Part shown: positions 51,748 to 63,029 of the stretch, piece after piece
How the letters are laid out: each line of letters opens with the position of its first letter
How positions within the stretch are numbered: the stretch's first letter is position 1
Assembly: GCA_054600435.1 (NCBI GenBank)
Contig: BAAIJX010000048.1
Coordinates: 62,001-126,000, forward strand
Source: Neophaeotheca triangularis
Taxonomy: Eukaryota
Direction of reading: 5' to 3'
DNA length: 64,000 bases
Translations under genes and position numbers: made by a program
Notes under the pieces: generated by a model
Told to the model about the DNA's origin: nothing
Databases searched by the model: none
Seen by the model: the letters and a program-made list of their open reading frames with translations, nothing else

Positions 51748-52981
51748 ATGCCTACGTACAGGCCCTCGAGAAGTCGGAAATACGCGGTTGACATCAACAG
51801 CTACTTGGGCGTCGAGTTTCCGGAAGACAGGATACGGCTTTCAACAGTAAGCATGACAGTGAAAAAGTCGAATAGAGTCAAATGGCACTGACTCTTCTAC
51901 CGAAGGTACATTTTGAGCATCCCAAAGTGACTAAACGAGCGTCAGCCTCGCTCCGGCTACCTTCCGTCATGGTAAGATCACAAGGCACCCTATTTGTGGC
52001 TGTTATGGAAGGCTAACGGTGGTCAGGCTTCAATCTTCTCGTCGGCCTCGAGCATCCATGACATGACGAACCGCTCGGTCAGGAAGATGAGAAGGAAGCA
52101 TCACGGATCGACGTCTACTGCAGGCTACAGGTAACGATCTTGTCAACGAAATGTTTGGCAAACGAGCTGAAGCTAATTTCAGTGACAGTGCTCCTTCAAC
52201 CCCCCTGACTGCGCGTACGGCGCGCACCAGCGCTGGCACAGTCATGGCCACTCCAACCGGGACCTCCTTTCTACCAGATCTGAACAGCACTCCACCTATG
52301 CCTACCTTTCAGAAGCCACCACTCACACCACCTCAGCGAATCAACACAGACATGGATAAAAGCATCACTGGCAGTCGCCCAACGACCCCGTTTCCAAGTG
52401 CTCACGCAACACCCAACCGCCCGGTTACGCCATCGCGTCCTCTGCACACACCACGTGCTCCCTCCCCGTTGCCAAAGTCCAGCCCTCCACCGCTGCCGCT
52501 TTCTCAACCTCCAGCTCGTACTGCCGCCCGAGCCTTCGCAACCACATGCATCGTCGAGGATCATCTCCAGGACACTCCGCCTCTGCCTCTAGCATGGAAC
52601 CAGGCTCATGACCGTGCTATCTGTGTCCTCGATGCCCGCGGCTACGACCTTGCTTCCATCGTATCGAAAATCAAGCGCGTATTTCCAATGCTCAAGGGTA
52701 CACTGACCATGGGTATGATTGACAAGAGACTGCGAGTTCTGGATCAGAGGATTGAGCTGGACTACTGGAGGTTGGGTCTGAGGGGTAACGGAAGCGGTGG
52801 GAATGTTGTAAGTCATGCTGCTGGAGCTGGGAAGAGCAAGGGGCGCGCCGAGAACTCGTCGCCTCGGAGTGCCGAGCCTGGGAGCGCGAGCAGCATCAAG
52901 GCCGTGAGGTCGATATCTAGCCTTGCTCCCGTGACGAGGACGTTTGATGTTGGGTTCAGGACGCATCTGGATGCTGTCTGA
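51748..52981 (+). CDS. Hypothetical protein, S/T/P-rich with a compact C-terminal helical domain; exons 51748-51846, 51906-51971, 52027-52130, 52183-52981
   Basis: Three introns (donors GTAAGC, GTAAGA, GTAACG; branches CTGAC/CTAAC/CTAAT) give one open frame into the 52151 ORF. The start could instead be the ATG at 51969. Confidence 0.65.
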
Positions 52982-53834
52982 GGTGTGCTGCTTGTGAGGT
53001 GTGGACCAAGGGGTAGTTTGGTCGTGTGATTGCAGAGTTGCTTTGGTGATGCGCAGCGAAGAGGTAACGGTAATGTTTAATTCATGGATGGACAACTTGA
53101 AGCACAAGCACTATACAAGGCTGATCGCGAACACGCTCAGAGCATGGCTATGTATGGAATAGGGGGTCCCCACCAGTATGTACCTTGAAATTGGCTTGCA
53201 CGCGATTGTATAGCTCACCACATCTACAGCAATCTGTTCGTACCATGATGAAATGAGTCACCTGGCCTGTTGATGATGATGTCGTAAGTGCAGCACCAAC
53301 GTCACTCCAAGTGTTGGATACCTAGTAGTCGACACATTCCAGAACCCCATTGCTTGCCTATGCTTGATCGTGACTTGCGACTTTTCAACTCTGACACGCG
53401 GCCATTAAGTACCATCATTCGGTAGCGACAACATTATACCAGACAACCAGCCACTACCCGGAGAGCCTTCCAGGGCCTGCATCCTGCTCTAAGCGACGCG
53501 ATCAAAGTCAAGGGATCTGACCCCTGTCTCGAAACGGCAACTGTCGATTCCAGTAAGACTAGTCAATGCTCCCCTCACGCAACATGTACTGACTCTTCTC
53601 GCAGCCGCAGGTCAAATACCGTACCGCAGCCCCCCTGAGACCGGCGCCCCCACCTGTGCCATCTCAGCAGACTCGTAACTCCAACATACGGACTCAGCAC
53701 AAGGCACAACCAACACAGCTCACCAACCAATTCACGACACATCGCATACAATTACCCCCACCGCGTGAGCCATTGCCTGAACAAACGACCCCAAACCCAC
53801 ACCGAAAACCCCCACTAACCTCCCATCCATCAAG

Positions 53835-54068
53835 ATGTGCGAAAAGCAAACCCGACACTACGCCGGCTGCGACTGCACGCGCGCCGTCGTGACTCGCAAC
53901 TGCAACGCCAACGGCAACGCGGCTTTTGGGCGGTGCGGGAATGTTCGTGTCACCGCGGCGGACGAGAGCATGTTTGATGAGCGTGATCGGGTTTGTTCGA
54001 GGTGTGTGGCCAGACTGCAGGGGGCTGTTAGTCGGTTGTTGGGGAGGATTAAGAGGGAGCAGGGTTAA
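53835..54068 (+). CDS. Small cysteine-rich cytosolic protein (77 aa)
   Basis: CAAGATG context after a C/A-rich leader. Seven Cys in the pattern MC..Y.GCDC..C..C..CxxC. No signal peptide. Confidence 0.6.
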   Translation: MCEKQTRHYAGCDCTRAVVTRNCNANGNAAFGRCGNVRVTAADESMFDERDRVCSRCVARLQGAVSRLLGRIKREQG

Positions 54069-54784
54069 GCCTGGAGGGAGCAAGGGGCTGTGAGGGAGAG
54101 GGCGAGACGGAGGGTTTAGGGAAGTGAGTGTGGCTGGAACTGAAGCTCATGGCTGCGCGGGTCTGAGGACTGCTTGCTACTTTACGATGTGATGATACGG
54201 GAACGTGGCGAGAATGGAGCGTACTTGTCACTTCTCCCTTGGTATGAGATGTCATTGGGACTGGCTCTTCAATCCACGCATACTCAAAATGAGGTAGTAC
54301 CCCTTCTATTCTCCACTTTGATCGCCGCTAATTGAGTCTTAACAGACGGGAGGTAGTACCTTCAGTTGTGAACGTCCTGTTCATGCCTTATAAGGCTGCA
54401 ATCTGCGAGGGCCCGAGCTTTCAACTTTCAAACTGCGCATCACATCACTTACTACTGAGCGCACCCCTCCTCCACCAACCACGCAGCCTACCTTACACCA
54501 CGAACTCTTCGGCGACCGCACGCCACCTTTCCTGTACTTCATAATACCAATTCGATCCTCCACTCCCTATCCACGAGGCTACCGTTCTCTTCCAAGGCAC
54601 GTACCGCACGCGACTCGGCAAGTGAAGTCGCTGCTCGCGCGCTGCTGCAAGTCGCAAAAGCTGACTCCCAAAGCGCAACCACTCAGTCGCGCAGACTAGT
54701 ATTTTGGGAACAGCATTTATTAACACGGGTATCATTGTTGAAGGTCACAAGCTTTGCACAAGAGCAGGTACGCTGCACCGCACC

Positions 54785-56659
54785 ATGCCCGCCGCCATGG
54801 CAGGTGTCGAGAAGGCCCGCAAGCCGACGAAAAATGCACAGCGCCGCCAAAAGAAGAAGCTTCAGAAGCAAGAGGTACGACCAGCCACAGTCACAGTCAA
54901 CCATGTCGATGAAGTCGACGACTCCGGCTACTTGTCTGGTGAGCTCGATGTTGATGCGATGCAGGTTTCTACCAACGAAAACAACGACACACTCCCCCCA
55001 ACCGTCGACCCAAAGGAGGCCAGCAACAACCGACCTCTTCAGCCTGTCGAGCCGCCAGCCAACGACCCGATCCAGGACGTTCCTGCCACCCTCGAGGACT
55101 ATGACCTCGCCAACCCTGCCTTGGAATCTGACCTCCCCGTTGAAGACCCACTCTTCCAGCAGTATGCCAGCGTTTTCGAAAAGTTCGGTACCGCTGAAGA
55201 TGGAAACGGCAATAACGAGGACGGCGCGGTCTTCTACGACGACGACGACATGATCCAAGGCGAAGATGAAGAGGAGGAGACTCAGAAGAAGCTCAACAAG
55301 AAACAGAAGAAGCAGCGTAACAAATTGACGGTTGCTCAACTAAAAGCCATCGTCGACAAGCCGGATCGTGTTGACTGGACTGACGTATCTGCGCCTGACC
55401 CCAAGCTTCTCATTGGTATCAAGAGCATGAAGAACGTCGTTCCCGTCCCTCAGCACTGGAGTCTGAAGAGAGAGTACCTCAGCAGCAAGAGGGGTGTAGA
55501 AAAGGCCCCCTTCAAGCTCCCACAGTTCATCGCCGACACCGGAGTCTCAGCCGCTCGTGATGCGGTGCTGGAGAAACAGGCCAATTCAACTCTTAAGCAA
55601 AGGCAGCGCGAGCGCGTCCAGGGTAAGACTGGCAAAGTCGACTTGAACTTCCAGAAGCTTTACGACGCCTTCTTCCGTCTTCAGACCAAGCCTCAGTTCT
55701 CGACCTTCGGTGAAGTCTACTTTGAGGGTAAGGAGAACGAGAAGAACTTCGACCACGTTAAGCCCGGTCAGCTTAGCGAGGAACTCCAAGCGTCTCTCAA
55801 CATGCCACCCGGTGCTCCACCACCTTGGCTTGTTACTATGCAGAAGGTCGGCCCCCCACCGTCTTATCCAGCCTTGAGAATCCCGGGCCTCAACGCTCCT
55901 ATTCCTCCCGGCGCTTCTTGGGGCTTCAACCCAGGCGGCTACGGCAAACCTCCACTCGACGAGAAGGGCGTGCCTCTTTACGGTGGTGATGTTCTTGGCG
56001 TCAATCAGTACGGGGGTGGTCAGGCGCAGCAAGCCCGGGAGCAGGTCGACAAGAGCTTGTGGGGTCAGTTGATGGCGCATCAAGAGGAGGAGGAAGAGGA
56101 GGAAGAGGAAGATTCCGACGAAGACTCCGACGAAGACGAGGAGGAAGAGGAAGAGGAGTCGCGCCCCGAGCGCAGCTACGCTGGCAACGCCACCGTGTCT
56201 GGCATTAATACATATGGTGGCACTCAGACCGGCGTTGGCAAGGTTCGGCCCGGCAACGAGACGGAGGTCGAGGAGTACAGCGGCCCACCGCGCGCCGCTG
56301 GCCAGGTCCTTGAGCAGCAGAACATTCGCTCCAAGGGCTTCTTCGGTGGCGACCACGCGTACAAGCTTCCTACCAAAGCCAATCCCAATCTCCCTACTCT
56401 AGGGGCTCAGGACAACAGCAGGAAGAGGAAGGTTGGCGATCTGGATGTCTCCATGGACATGGACGCGTTGGAGCGTGATGGCAAGATGAGCAAGGAAGAG
56501 CTGCAGAAGAGGTACGAGGCGGAGAATGCCAAGAGCGGTGGTGTGGTGCCGGGTAGTCAGGACTGGAACCAGGAGGACCTGAGCCAGATGATTGCGGAAG
56601 AAAGCTCCAAGAGGCAGAAGAGGGATGAGAAGGTGCAGAAGGACAAGAAGCGTCGCTAG
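54785..56659 (+). CDS. CUS1: U2 snRNP splicing factor SF3B2/SAP145 (DUF382 + PSP domains); possible in-frame intron 54875-54964
   Basis: Motifs LTVAQLKA.V..P..V.W.D..A.DP.LL, VPVP.HWS.KREYLSSKRG.EK.PF.LP.FI..TG, KPGQLS.EL...L.MPPGAPPPWL..MQ..GPPPSYP.L.IPGLNAP. Confidence 0.94.
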   Translation: MPAAMAGVEKARKPTKNAQRRQKKKLQKQEVRPATVTVNHVDEVDDSGYLSGELDVDAMQVSTNENNDTLPPTVDPKEASNNRPLQPVEPPANDPIQDVPATLEDYDLANPALESDLPVEDPLFQQYASVFEKFGTAEDGNGNNEDGAVFYDDDDMIQGEDEEEETQKKLNKKQKKQRNKLTVAQLKAIVDKPDRVDWTDVSAPDPKLLIGIKSMKNVVPVPQHWSLKREYLSSKRGVEKAPFKLPQFIADTGVSAARDAVLEKQANSTLKQRQRERVQGKTGKVDLNFQKLYDAFFRLQTKPQFSTFGEVYFEGKENEKNFDHVKPGQLSEELQASLNMPPGAPPPWLVTMQKVGPPPSYPALRIPGLNAPIPPGASWGFNPGGYGKPPLDEKGVPLYGGDVLGVNQYGGGQAQQAREQVDKSLWGQLMAHQEEEEEEEEEDSDEDSDEDEEEEEEESRPERSYAGNATVSGINTYGGTQTGVGKVRPGNETEVEEYSGPPRAAGQVLEQQNIRSKGFFGGDHAYKLPTKANPNLPTLGAQDNSRKRKVGDLDVSMDMDALERDGKMSKEELQKRYEAENAKSGGVVPGSQDWNQEDLSQMIAEESSKRQKRDEKVQKDKKRR

Positions 56660-57633
56660 GCGGGGAAAGTCTTCGGCTTTCTGGTTACATGGGAAAGATA
56701 TGTGCAAAAGGCAGTTAGGCGTTCCATGGCATGGCATGGCATGGTGTTATGTGGCTTGAAAGATGCAACTAGCAAGGCGTTGGGGGTGTACTATACGAGA
56801 TGCTTCAAGGGAACTCTTCGGGAAAGGCTGCCAGTTCGGACGGGCTGAGTACAACGTGGCGGCGTCAAGACCACTGCGTCGATCGGGACTCTTGCTGCAC
56901 GCAGGTCATTCAAGAATTATCAGAGAACGAAAATCAATGTTGAACTGTCAATGTGCGGAAGTCGTTTTGCTAAGAATGTTGTCAAGGTTGTCACGGTCAA
57001 GAAGAGTCGTGTTTGCTGGTTACTAACATAGGTTCCCCCAGAGCCGCGATTTGACGACTCTCAGTTTCAGGCAATTCGATCCCCATCAGTAGTGCTTTGG
57101 TTGCGCTGCCGCAGCAGGCGACGGTGACGTCGGTTTCATCGATGGCAAATACGCGCTTGCTCCACAGCCGCTGGATTGCTGGAATACTGTCGCTTGGTAT
57201 TTGCCAGCGAAGAAACACCAACAAGTTTACAGAACCGCTGAGGAGTTTGACATGTTTTGTGCAGAGTTGGTGGTCCTCAGGCTCCGCCGCGTAATCCATG
57301 GCCACAACAGGCGGCAGAATCTTGGGAAGGAAGGCAGCTTTGGCTATTATACCATGCGGCATATATCATAGTCGACTGCCAACGTCGTCTGTAGCTGGGA
57401 AGAGGTTTTGATATTACATTGGCGGAAACAGGGGCGTTGGCGGCCAAAGGAGGCGGTGGTCCGTGCCTGATCTGCCAAGGATCAAGTTCAAAAGGTCGAG
57501 CTTGGAGAGCTTCATTTACTTACAACCTTCAACTTTATCCACGTTTGCGCCAAACGTGGTACACTTCACCCGCATCACACTCGGATCGAAAGCAGAGTCT
57601 ACGAGGCCGAGCTCACGCATCACTACCGCTGTC

Positions 57634-60232
57634 ATGGATCGAGGCGGCAGAAGGTTAGTTCCAAACCACTTCAGTGAAGATTACGGGGCTTTGGGGGCGA
57701 GGAGAATATGAGAATTTCTACCAAACGCCATTCTTTCAGTCATCCATTGTTTCGCAGCCTTTCCAACAAACACCGCAATACGAAGAAAATCACCATCGCT
57801 AGGCGACTTGGGGGAGACCACCGCAAGAAGTGAACTTGACTAACGCTGAGGGCTCAAGATTCCGCGACGAACGCGAGATGCGCGGTCCACCACCCCGCAA
57901 CGTCCCGCAAGAAGACCGTTTTGGCACAGGTGGTGGACAATCCTATCGACCAGGCGGTGGAGCCCGCGATCGTTCTCCGGCTCCTCGCGCCGATAGCTAT
58001 CGTCGCACTTCACCTCCACCTCCCAGACGCGCCGAACCCTTTGTCGATTCTTACGCACCAGGACGTCCAGCAGTCAGAGGTCGCAGCCGAAGCCCTGCCC
58101 CACCTCGAGCCGACTCGTATAGGAGGCGCTCACCATCACCTCCAAGATTCAGGGACAATAGGGTTGGCGGGGGAGATACCTACAGGGGAGGGAGACCGCG
58201 TTCGCCGGTGCCAGTCACAAGGCGTGAAGACTTGCCAAGAGATGATCTTTTTAGAAGGGAGCCAGTGAGGGACTTCCGCGATGAGAGGGATATTAGAGAA
58301 GTGCGAGACTTTAGGGACAGCCGCGAGACTCCTAGGTACAGGGAGCGTAGTCCTCCTTTGCCAAAGAGAGTCCGCGATCCTTCCCCGATAGACAGTCGTG
58401 GTCGCAGGACACCCGCAGGAGCAAGACGCGAGCGAGCATACAGCCCACCACGAGGCGGAGACTTCGATGATTACCCAGTACGTCCTGGTCGGGCTCCTGA
58501 GTCTCCCATGCGCACATACTCCCCGGCACCAGCTGCGCGCAGCAGGCGTCCATCTCCACGTGGCGTGACGAGAGACTTCAGGAATGGCCCTCGCTCTCGC
58601 TCGCCTATGGCACGCACCGAGCGTGTCGATCCACGCACACTCGATGATTGGCGCAGGCCCCGCTCGCCTTCTCCCCGCAGGCAGCAAGACTTTTACGAAG
58701 GTTCAGGAGGCCGCGATAGTGTCGCAACTTCCAGACGCTCGTCGCCTCCCCCAGTACACCCCAGCAGGCTTGCTATGCAGCCCAGCCTCATCGACGAGCG
58801 TGCCAGTCGACCGCCGCCAGCGCGCGTCCCTTCCTACGACAACGAGCCCCCCTACCGCGCCCGCTCCCCGCTCCCCCGCTCCCCACCACGCAGAGCCCGT
58901 TCTCCAGAGCCGCCCGCCTACGAGCGCCAACCATACCGGCAACAAGACCGCGGTTTCGCCGACGAAGCCGACGATCGCATCCCCGCTCCGCGTGAGCCCT
59001 ACCGCGACGACAACGAGCCTCTGCAGCGTGCACCACCTACTGGTCCAGGCGGTCAGCGAGCACCAGCTTCCATGGCTCCTCCTACCGGTCCTGCAGCGAG
59101 TGCTAACGTGCGTGCTCCAGGCGGTCCACCATCGGCTCCACGCGGCGCTTTTGGTGGTAGGGGTGATTTTGGTGGCAGAGGCGATTTTGGCGGCAGAGGG
59201 GGTTTTGGTGGGAGGGGTGATTACGGTGGAAGGGGTGATTTTGGCAATAGAGGTGGTTTCAGCTCCCGGGGTGAGTTTCCTCCTCGCGGTCGTGGTGGAT
59301 TCGGGGGCAGGGGTGATTTTGGTGGAAGAGGAGACTTTAACGGAAGAGGAGATTTTGGTGGTAGAGGAGACTTTGGTGGACGTGGTGATTACGGTAGTAG
59401 AGGCGATTTCGGTGGCCGTGGTGACTTTAGTGGGAGAGGCGACTTTGCTGGAAGAGGTGACTTCGGTGGAAGAGGCGATTATGGTGGCAGAGGCGACTTC
59501 AATAGTAGGGGCGACTTCGGTGGGCGAGGTGATTTCGGGGGAAGAGGTGGTTTCCGCGGTGGTCGCGGCGGTGGAGCCCCTTCCCATGGACGCGATGACA
59601 GTTTCAACCGCATGGACATGGATCGTGAGCCTCCGCAACACGACCATGGCGCAACCAACAACGGGCCACCCGCCGGCCCCCGTGGCTCCATCTCGCACCA
59701 AGCACCTTCCCCGGGCGTCCCCTACCGCCAAAATAACACTTCCACCGCCACAACCTACCCACGCTCCCAGCGCTTCGCCCCCAACGGCCAGCCAATCCCC
59801 GACCCACCCTCCGGCCCCCGCGGCGCAGGCCCAAACCCGAATGCATCAGCAGGTAGCACCAGCAACGCACCACCCACGGGCCCGCGCAGTTCCTCATTCG
59901 CCCAACCCCCCATTAACACCCACCATCCCACACAGCCCCACTTACCAACCACGAACCCACACCTCGCGGACCTCCCTCCGATCATCGAAGGCGGCCAGCG
60001 CCGCAGCCCCGTCGTCGACCGCACAAAACTCGACCGCCTCACGGAAGAAACTGAGCGCTTGCGCAAAATCATTGACGACAAGGAGGCCAAGAAGCGCGAG
60101 AGCTTGCGGGAGTGGGATCGCCGGCAGCGCGAGATCGAACTCGCCGCGCTCAAGAGTGAGCTCGCTGAGCAGCATCTAAGGGATCTGAGCGGGGATTATG
60201 GCGCTGGGGGTGGGGAGCAGGCGGCTTTTTAG
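57634..60232 (+). CDS. Arg/Ser/Pro-rich low-complexity protein with RGG-type (RGDFGG)n array and C-terminal coiled coil; exons 57634-57653, 57859-60232
   Basis: 2.4-kb frame with RSRSP/RSP motifs, PPTGP repeats and a coiled C-terminus. Intron GTTAGT..ACTAAC..AAG joins MDRGGR to RFRDERE in frame. Confidence 0.82.
59141..59575 (+). repeat. About 23 degenerate 18-bp coding repeats encoding RG[DG][FY]GG
   Basis: Visible in DNA and protein, with synonymous variation between units. Confidence 0.9.
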
Positions 60233-60948
60233 TAAGGGGCTGTGCTGTGACTTGCTCGCGCGCTTTTTGGGATGCTGCTACTGGTTTAAAGGGATGTTGA
60301 GGTGGGTGGTCTAGGGGCTTTGCCGGAGGGGGGTTTAGTTGTGGGGGAGTTGTATCCTATATATACCCTTTGGTCAAGAGAAAGCTTCAGTATGCTGCAG
60401 CATGAATTGCTCCTGGTGAACTTCTTGTCTCGAATAGTCTGTGTAGCTATCTCGTGACATGGGCCACGCTTCGCGGGTGGATTGGCGTCAGCTCCAGTCA
60501 GTCAGAACACGAGTCGTGAAACGCTACATGGCTAGATTTCTTCAAGGACATTCTTTCGCGTCGAAGCGACTATCATGTCTAGTCTGTCAGACTAGAGGAA
60601 CAGTGATGGGTTCATACGGAAGTTGACAGCACAAGAGTACGATCGGAATCTGCGAGGGGTGCAAACCAAACTCTAACCCTGGAGCGCTCGAATAACCACA
60701 CCAGGGAGTAAACATGCTCAAGCGAACCATGATCCGAGTCGTCTATTCACGCAAGTAAAGAGACGGGAGAAGCGATCGAAGTCCGACTTAACGAGTAACC
60801 ACAGTCAAAAGACTTCTCGCGCACGATCCCACCTCCATCAAACACCTCTCGACCGAGCTTTGCTCACAACAACCCCCTCGCGACCGCGACGAACCTCGCC
60901 TCCCCGTTGCAAGACCCAAGCATACCCTAACTCTACCATAAAAGCACC

Positions 60949-61674
60949 TCAGTCCCCCCACCCAGCTCCCCACCCAGCCAACTCCCCCAACCCCACCACC
61001 CTCCTCTCAACCCCACTCGCGAAAGCCTCCCCTCCAAAAGCCGCCAAAACGCAAGCGAGCAAGTGCTTGCAAACAGGAGCGTCTCCACCCCGAGCCAGGC
61101 CGCCGAAAGCGAAGCCACCTTCACTCGTAACGGTAGCCTCGGCTTCGGGCTCGGTATTTGGGGTCGCGGGAAACGCGGCGAAAGCGAAAGCCGGGCATGA
61201 GCAACTCCAGGCGCTGAGGCGGACTTCGTAGGTTGGTGTTATGGGGTCGTGGGAGGGGTGGTGGCGGGAGGTGCTGGGTTGGGGGCGGGCGGAGCGGACG
61301 TGGTAGAGGAGGGTGTTGCTGGGTTGGGTTGAGGGGGGATGTTCTGGTTGGGTTGGGGCTGGTTGGTTATGTTGTTCTGGTGGTTTGGGGGTTTCTTGGT
61401 TGGGAGGCGACGGGATTAGGGTTGTGACTAGTCCGCGGTCGAGGAGGTCCAGGGCTGGGAGGAGATCGTTGGGGAAAAGTACGTGTAGGGTTAGGAAGAT
61501 TGGTTTAAGGTGCGGTGAGCTTTTTAGAGGGTTTTGGGTTTGGGTTGGGGGCTCGTGGTCGTTGGTCTGGGTTTGTGGCGAGTTGGCTGTGTTTATTGAA
61601 TTGATGAGGGAGGTGAGCATTGCTCTGGAGGTGGGGAGATTATCAACGGTAGAGCTTTCGGTTTGCTGGTCCAT
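60949..61674 (-). CDS. SWIM zinc-finger protein, Sws1/ZSWIM7-like (Shu complex candidate)
   Basis: Motifs LTLHVLFP..LLPALDLLDRGLV and YEVRL.AWSCSCPAFAF...VCKHLLACVL (CxC..CxH). ATG at 61674 in GCCATCATG context. Confidence 0.82.
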   Translation of the reverse strand: MDQQTESSTVDNLPTSRAMLTSLINSINTANSPQTQTNDHEPPTQTQNPLKSSPHLKPIFLTLHVLFPNDLLPALDLLDRGLVTTLIPSPPNQETPKPPEQHNQPAPTQPEHPPSTQPSNTLLYHVRSARPQPSTSRHHPSHDPITPTYEVRLSAWSCSCPAFAFAAFPATPNTEPEAEATVTSEGGFAFGGLARGGDAPVCKHLLACVLAAFGGEAFASGVERRVVGLGELAGWGAGWGD

Positions 61675-62399
61675 GATGGCTGAAGAGGTCAATGTTGGCA
61701 CGCATGTTGGTTTGCTGTTTTCAGAGGGGTCTTGGTGGAGTAAAGTTGGCGCAGCAAGAAACGAAATGGAAAATGGGATCGGCTACCTAGCTTGCCATGA
61801 TTCTTACAAGGAACCGACCCCGTTTTCTGTAGCCCGGCGGGCGATGGAGGCTGATAGTCACCAATTGAGATACGTACGTCTGTTTAGGTAGGTAGTAGGA
61901 GGTAGGTAGTAGGAGGTAGGACTATCATCATTGCGTACAGGAGCAGTAGGAGGTGGTCAAGCACCGCCAAGAGCCCGTGGATCAGCTTCTCCTCCACCGC
62001 TCCGCTTCCCCGGGTACGGTACTGTCACTACCAGCGTTACTATAGGTAGTACTACCTACACACAGTACATGTACTGTACTCTGTACTGTGTCTAGACCTC
62101 GACCTGTATGTCATGTCCCAACTCTTCCAGCCCCTTCTTACCCCGGTATCCCGCTGGGCGAGAGAGAGCATGCCAGTACCGCGAACCCGAGTAGATACCC
62201 CGTGTCTCGTAGATACGTACTTTCCTCGGACACTGCAGGTGGACGGTACCTAGCAACTAATAACACGGCCTACCTAGGTACAGACACAGCAGATGCATTT
62301 ATCCTAAACAAGCTTCCGAGCTACATGTCGATCGGAGCCTATTCATGGATATATTATTCATCCTCTCGTACCACCCAGACACACAACACAAACACAAAT

Positions 62400-62513
62400 C
62401 CCCACGCGAGCTCCACGTTGCACTAGGAGAAGTCTGTTTCGCCTGTTGTACCTCCTATCGCGCTCCTCATTGATTTTGTTCTGTTGGAGCTGGCTGTTTC
62501 CCCGAATCCCCGC
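62400..62513. promoter_or_regulatory. Cluster of CreA/Mig1-type SYGGRG sites upstream of the sugar transporter
   Basis: CCCCAC 62400, CTCCAC 62411, CCCCGC 62508. The motif is short and degenerate, so support is weak. Confidence 0.25.
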
Positions 62514-63029
62514 ATATCAGACCGAGCCTAAAGGATCCCTATAGGAGCTAGGTCACATCGCAGCGAGCCGCCTCAATCATGAGAGCCGGACGTTGGTTGG
62601 CATCATGCACGAAATGGAGGAGCCTCGCCATGTTTGTCGAGACACACTCCTGTACCACTGGCCCTCACGTCAGCACCTTTCATCTCGCGGCGCCAACGGA
62701 ATACAGGATCGATTCCATCATGCAAGACGAGAGCTCAGTCCGCCTAGTTATCTGCCGAGAAGTGTGCTCGACACAAGCGTCCGTACCCGTGTCGAAGCGT
62801 CCTAGGCCGCTTGCCCGTGGCCTTTGACATTTAGCCTGAATCCTCGTTGCCTCTAATCCTATGGTCATATGAGCCCTTTACTTGCTTCAAATACCCTTTT
62901 CATCGCTTGAAGGAATGCTTGTTTGCTTCATTTGTGCTTCAACGATTAGGACTGAATCTGTTCTGTGATTTCCTCCATACAACCCTCACAGCTTACTGGC
63001 ATTGTATCTGCAAGGCTTCGACTGTCACA

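Noticed and set aside
57654..57858. 205-nt intron as a stwintron or snoRNA host
   Set aside because: No internal acceptor regenerates a valid donor, and no clear C/D or H/ACA boxes.
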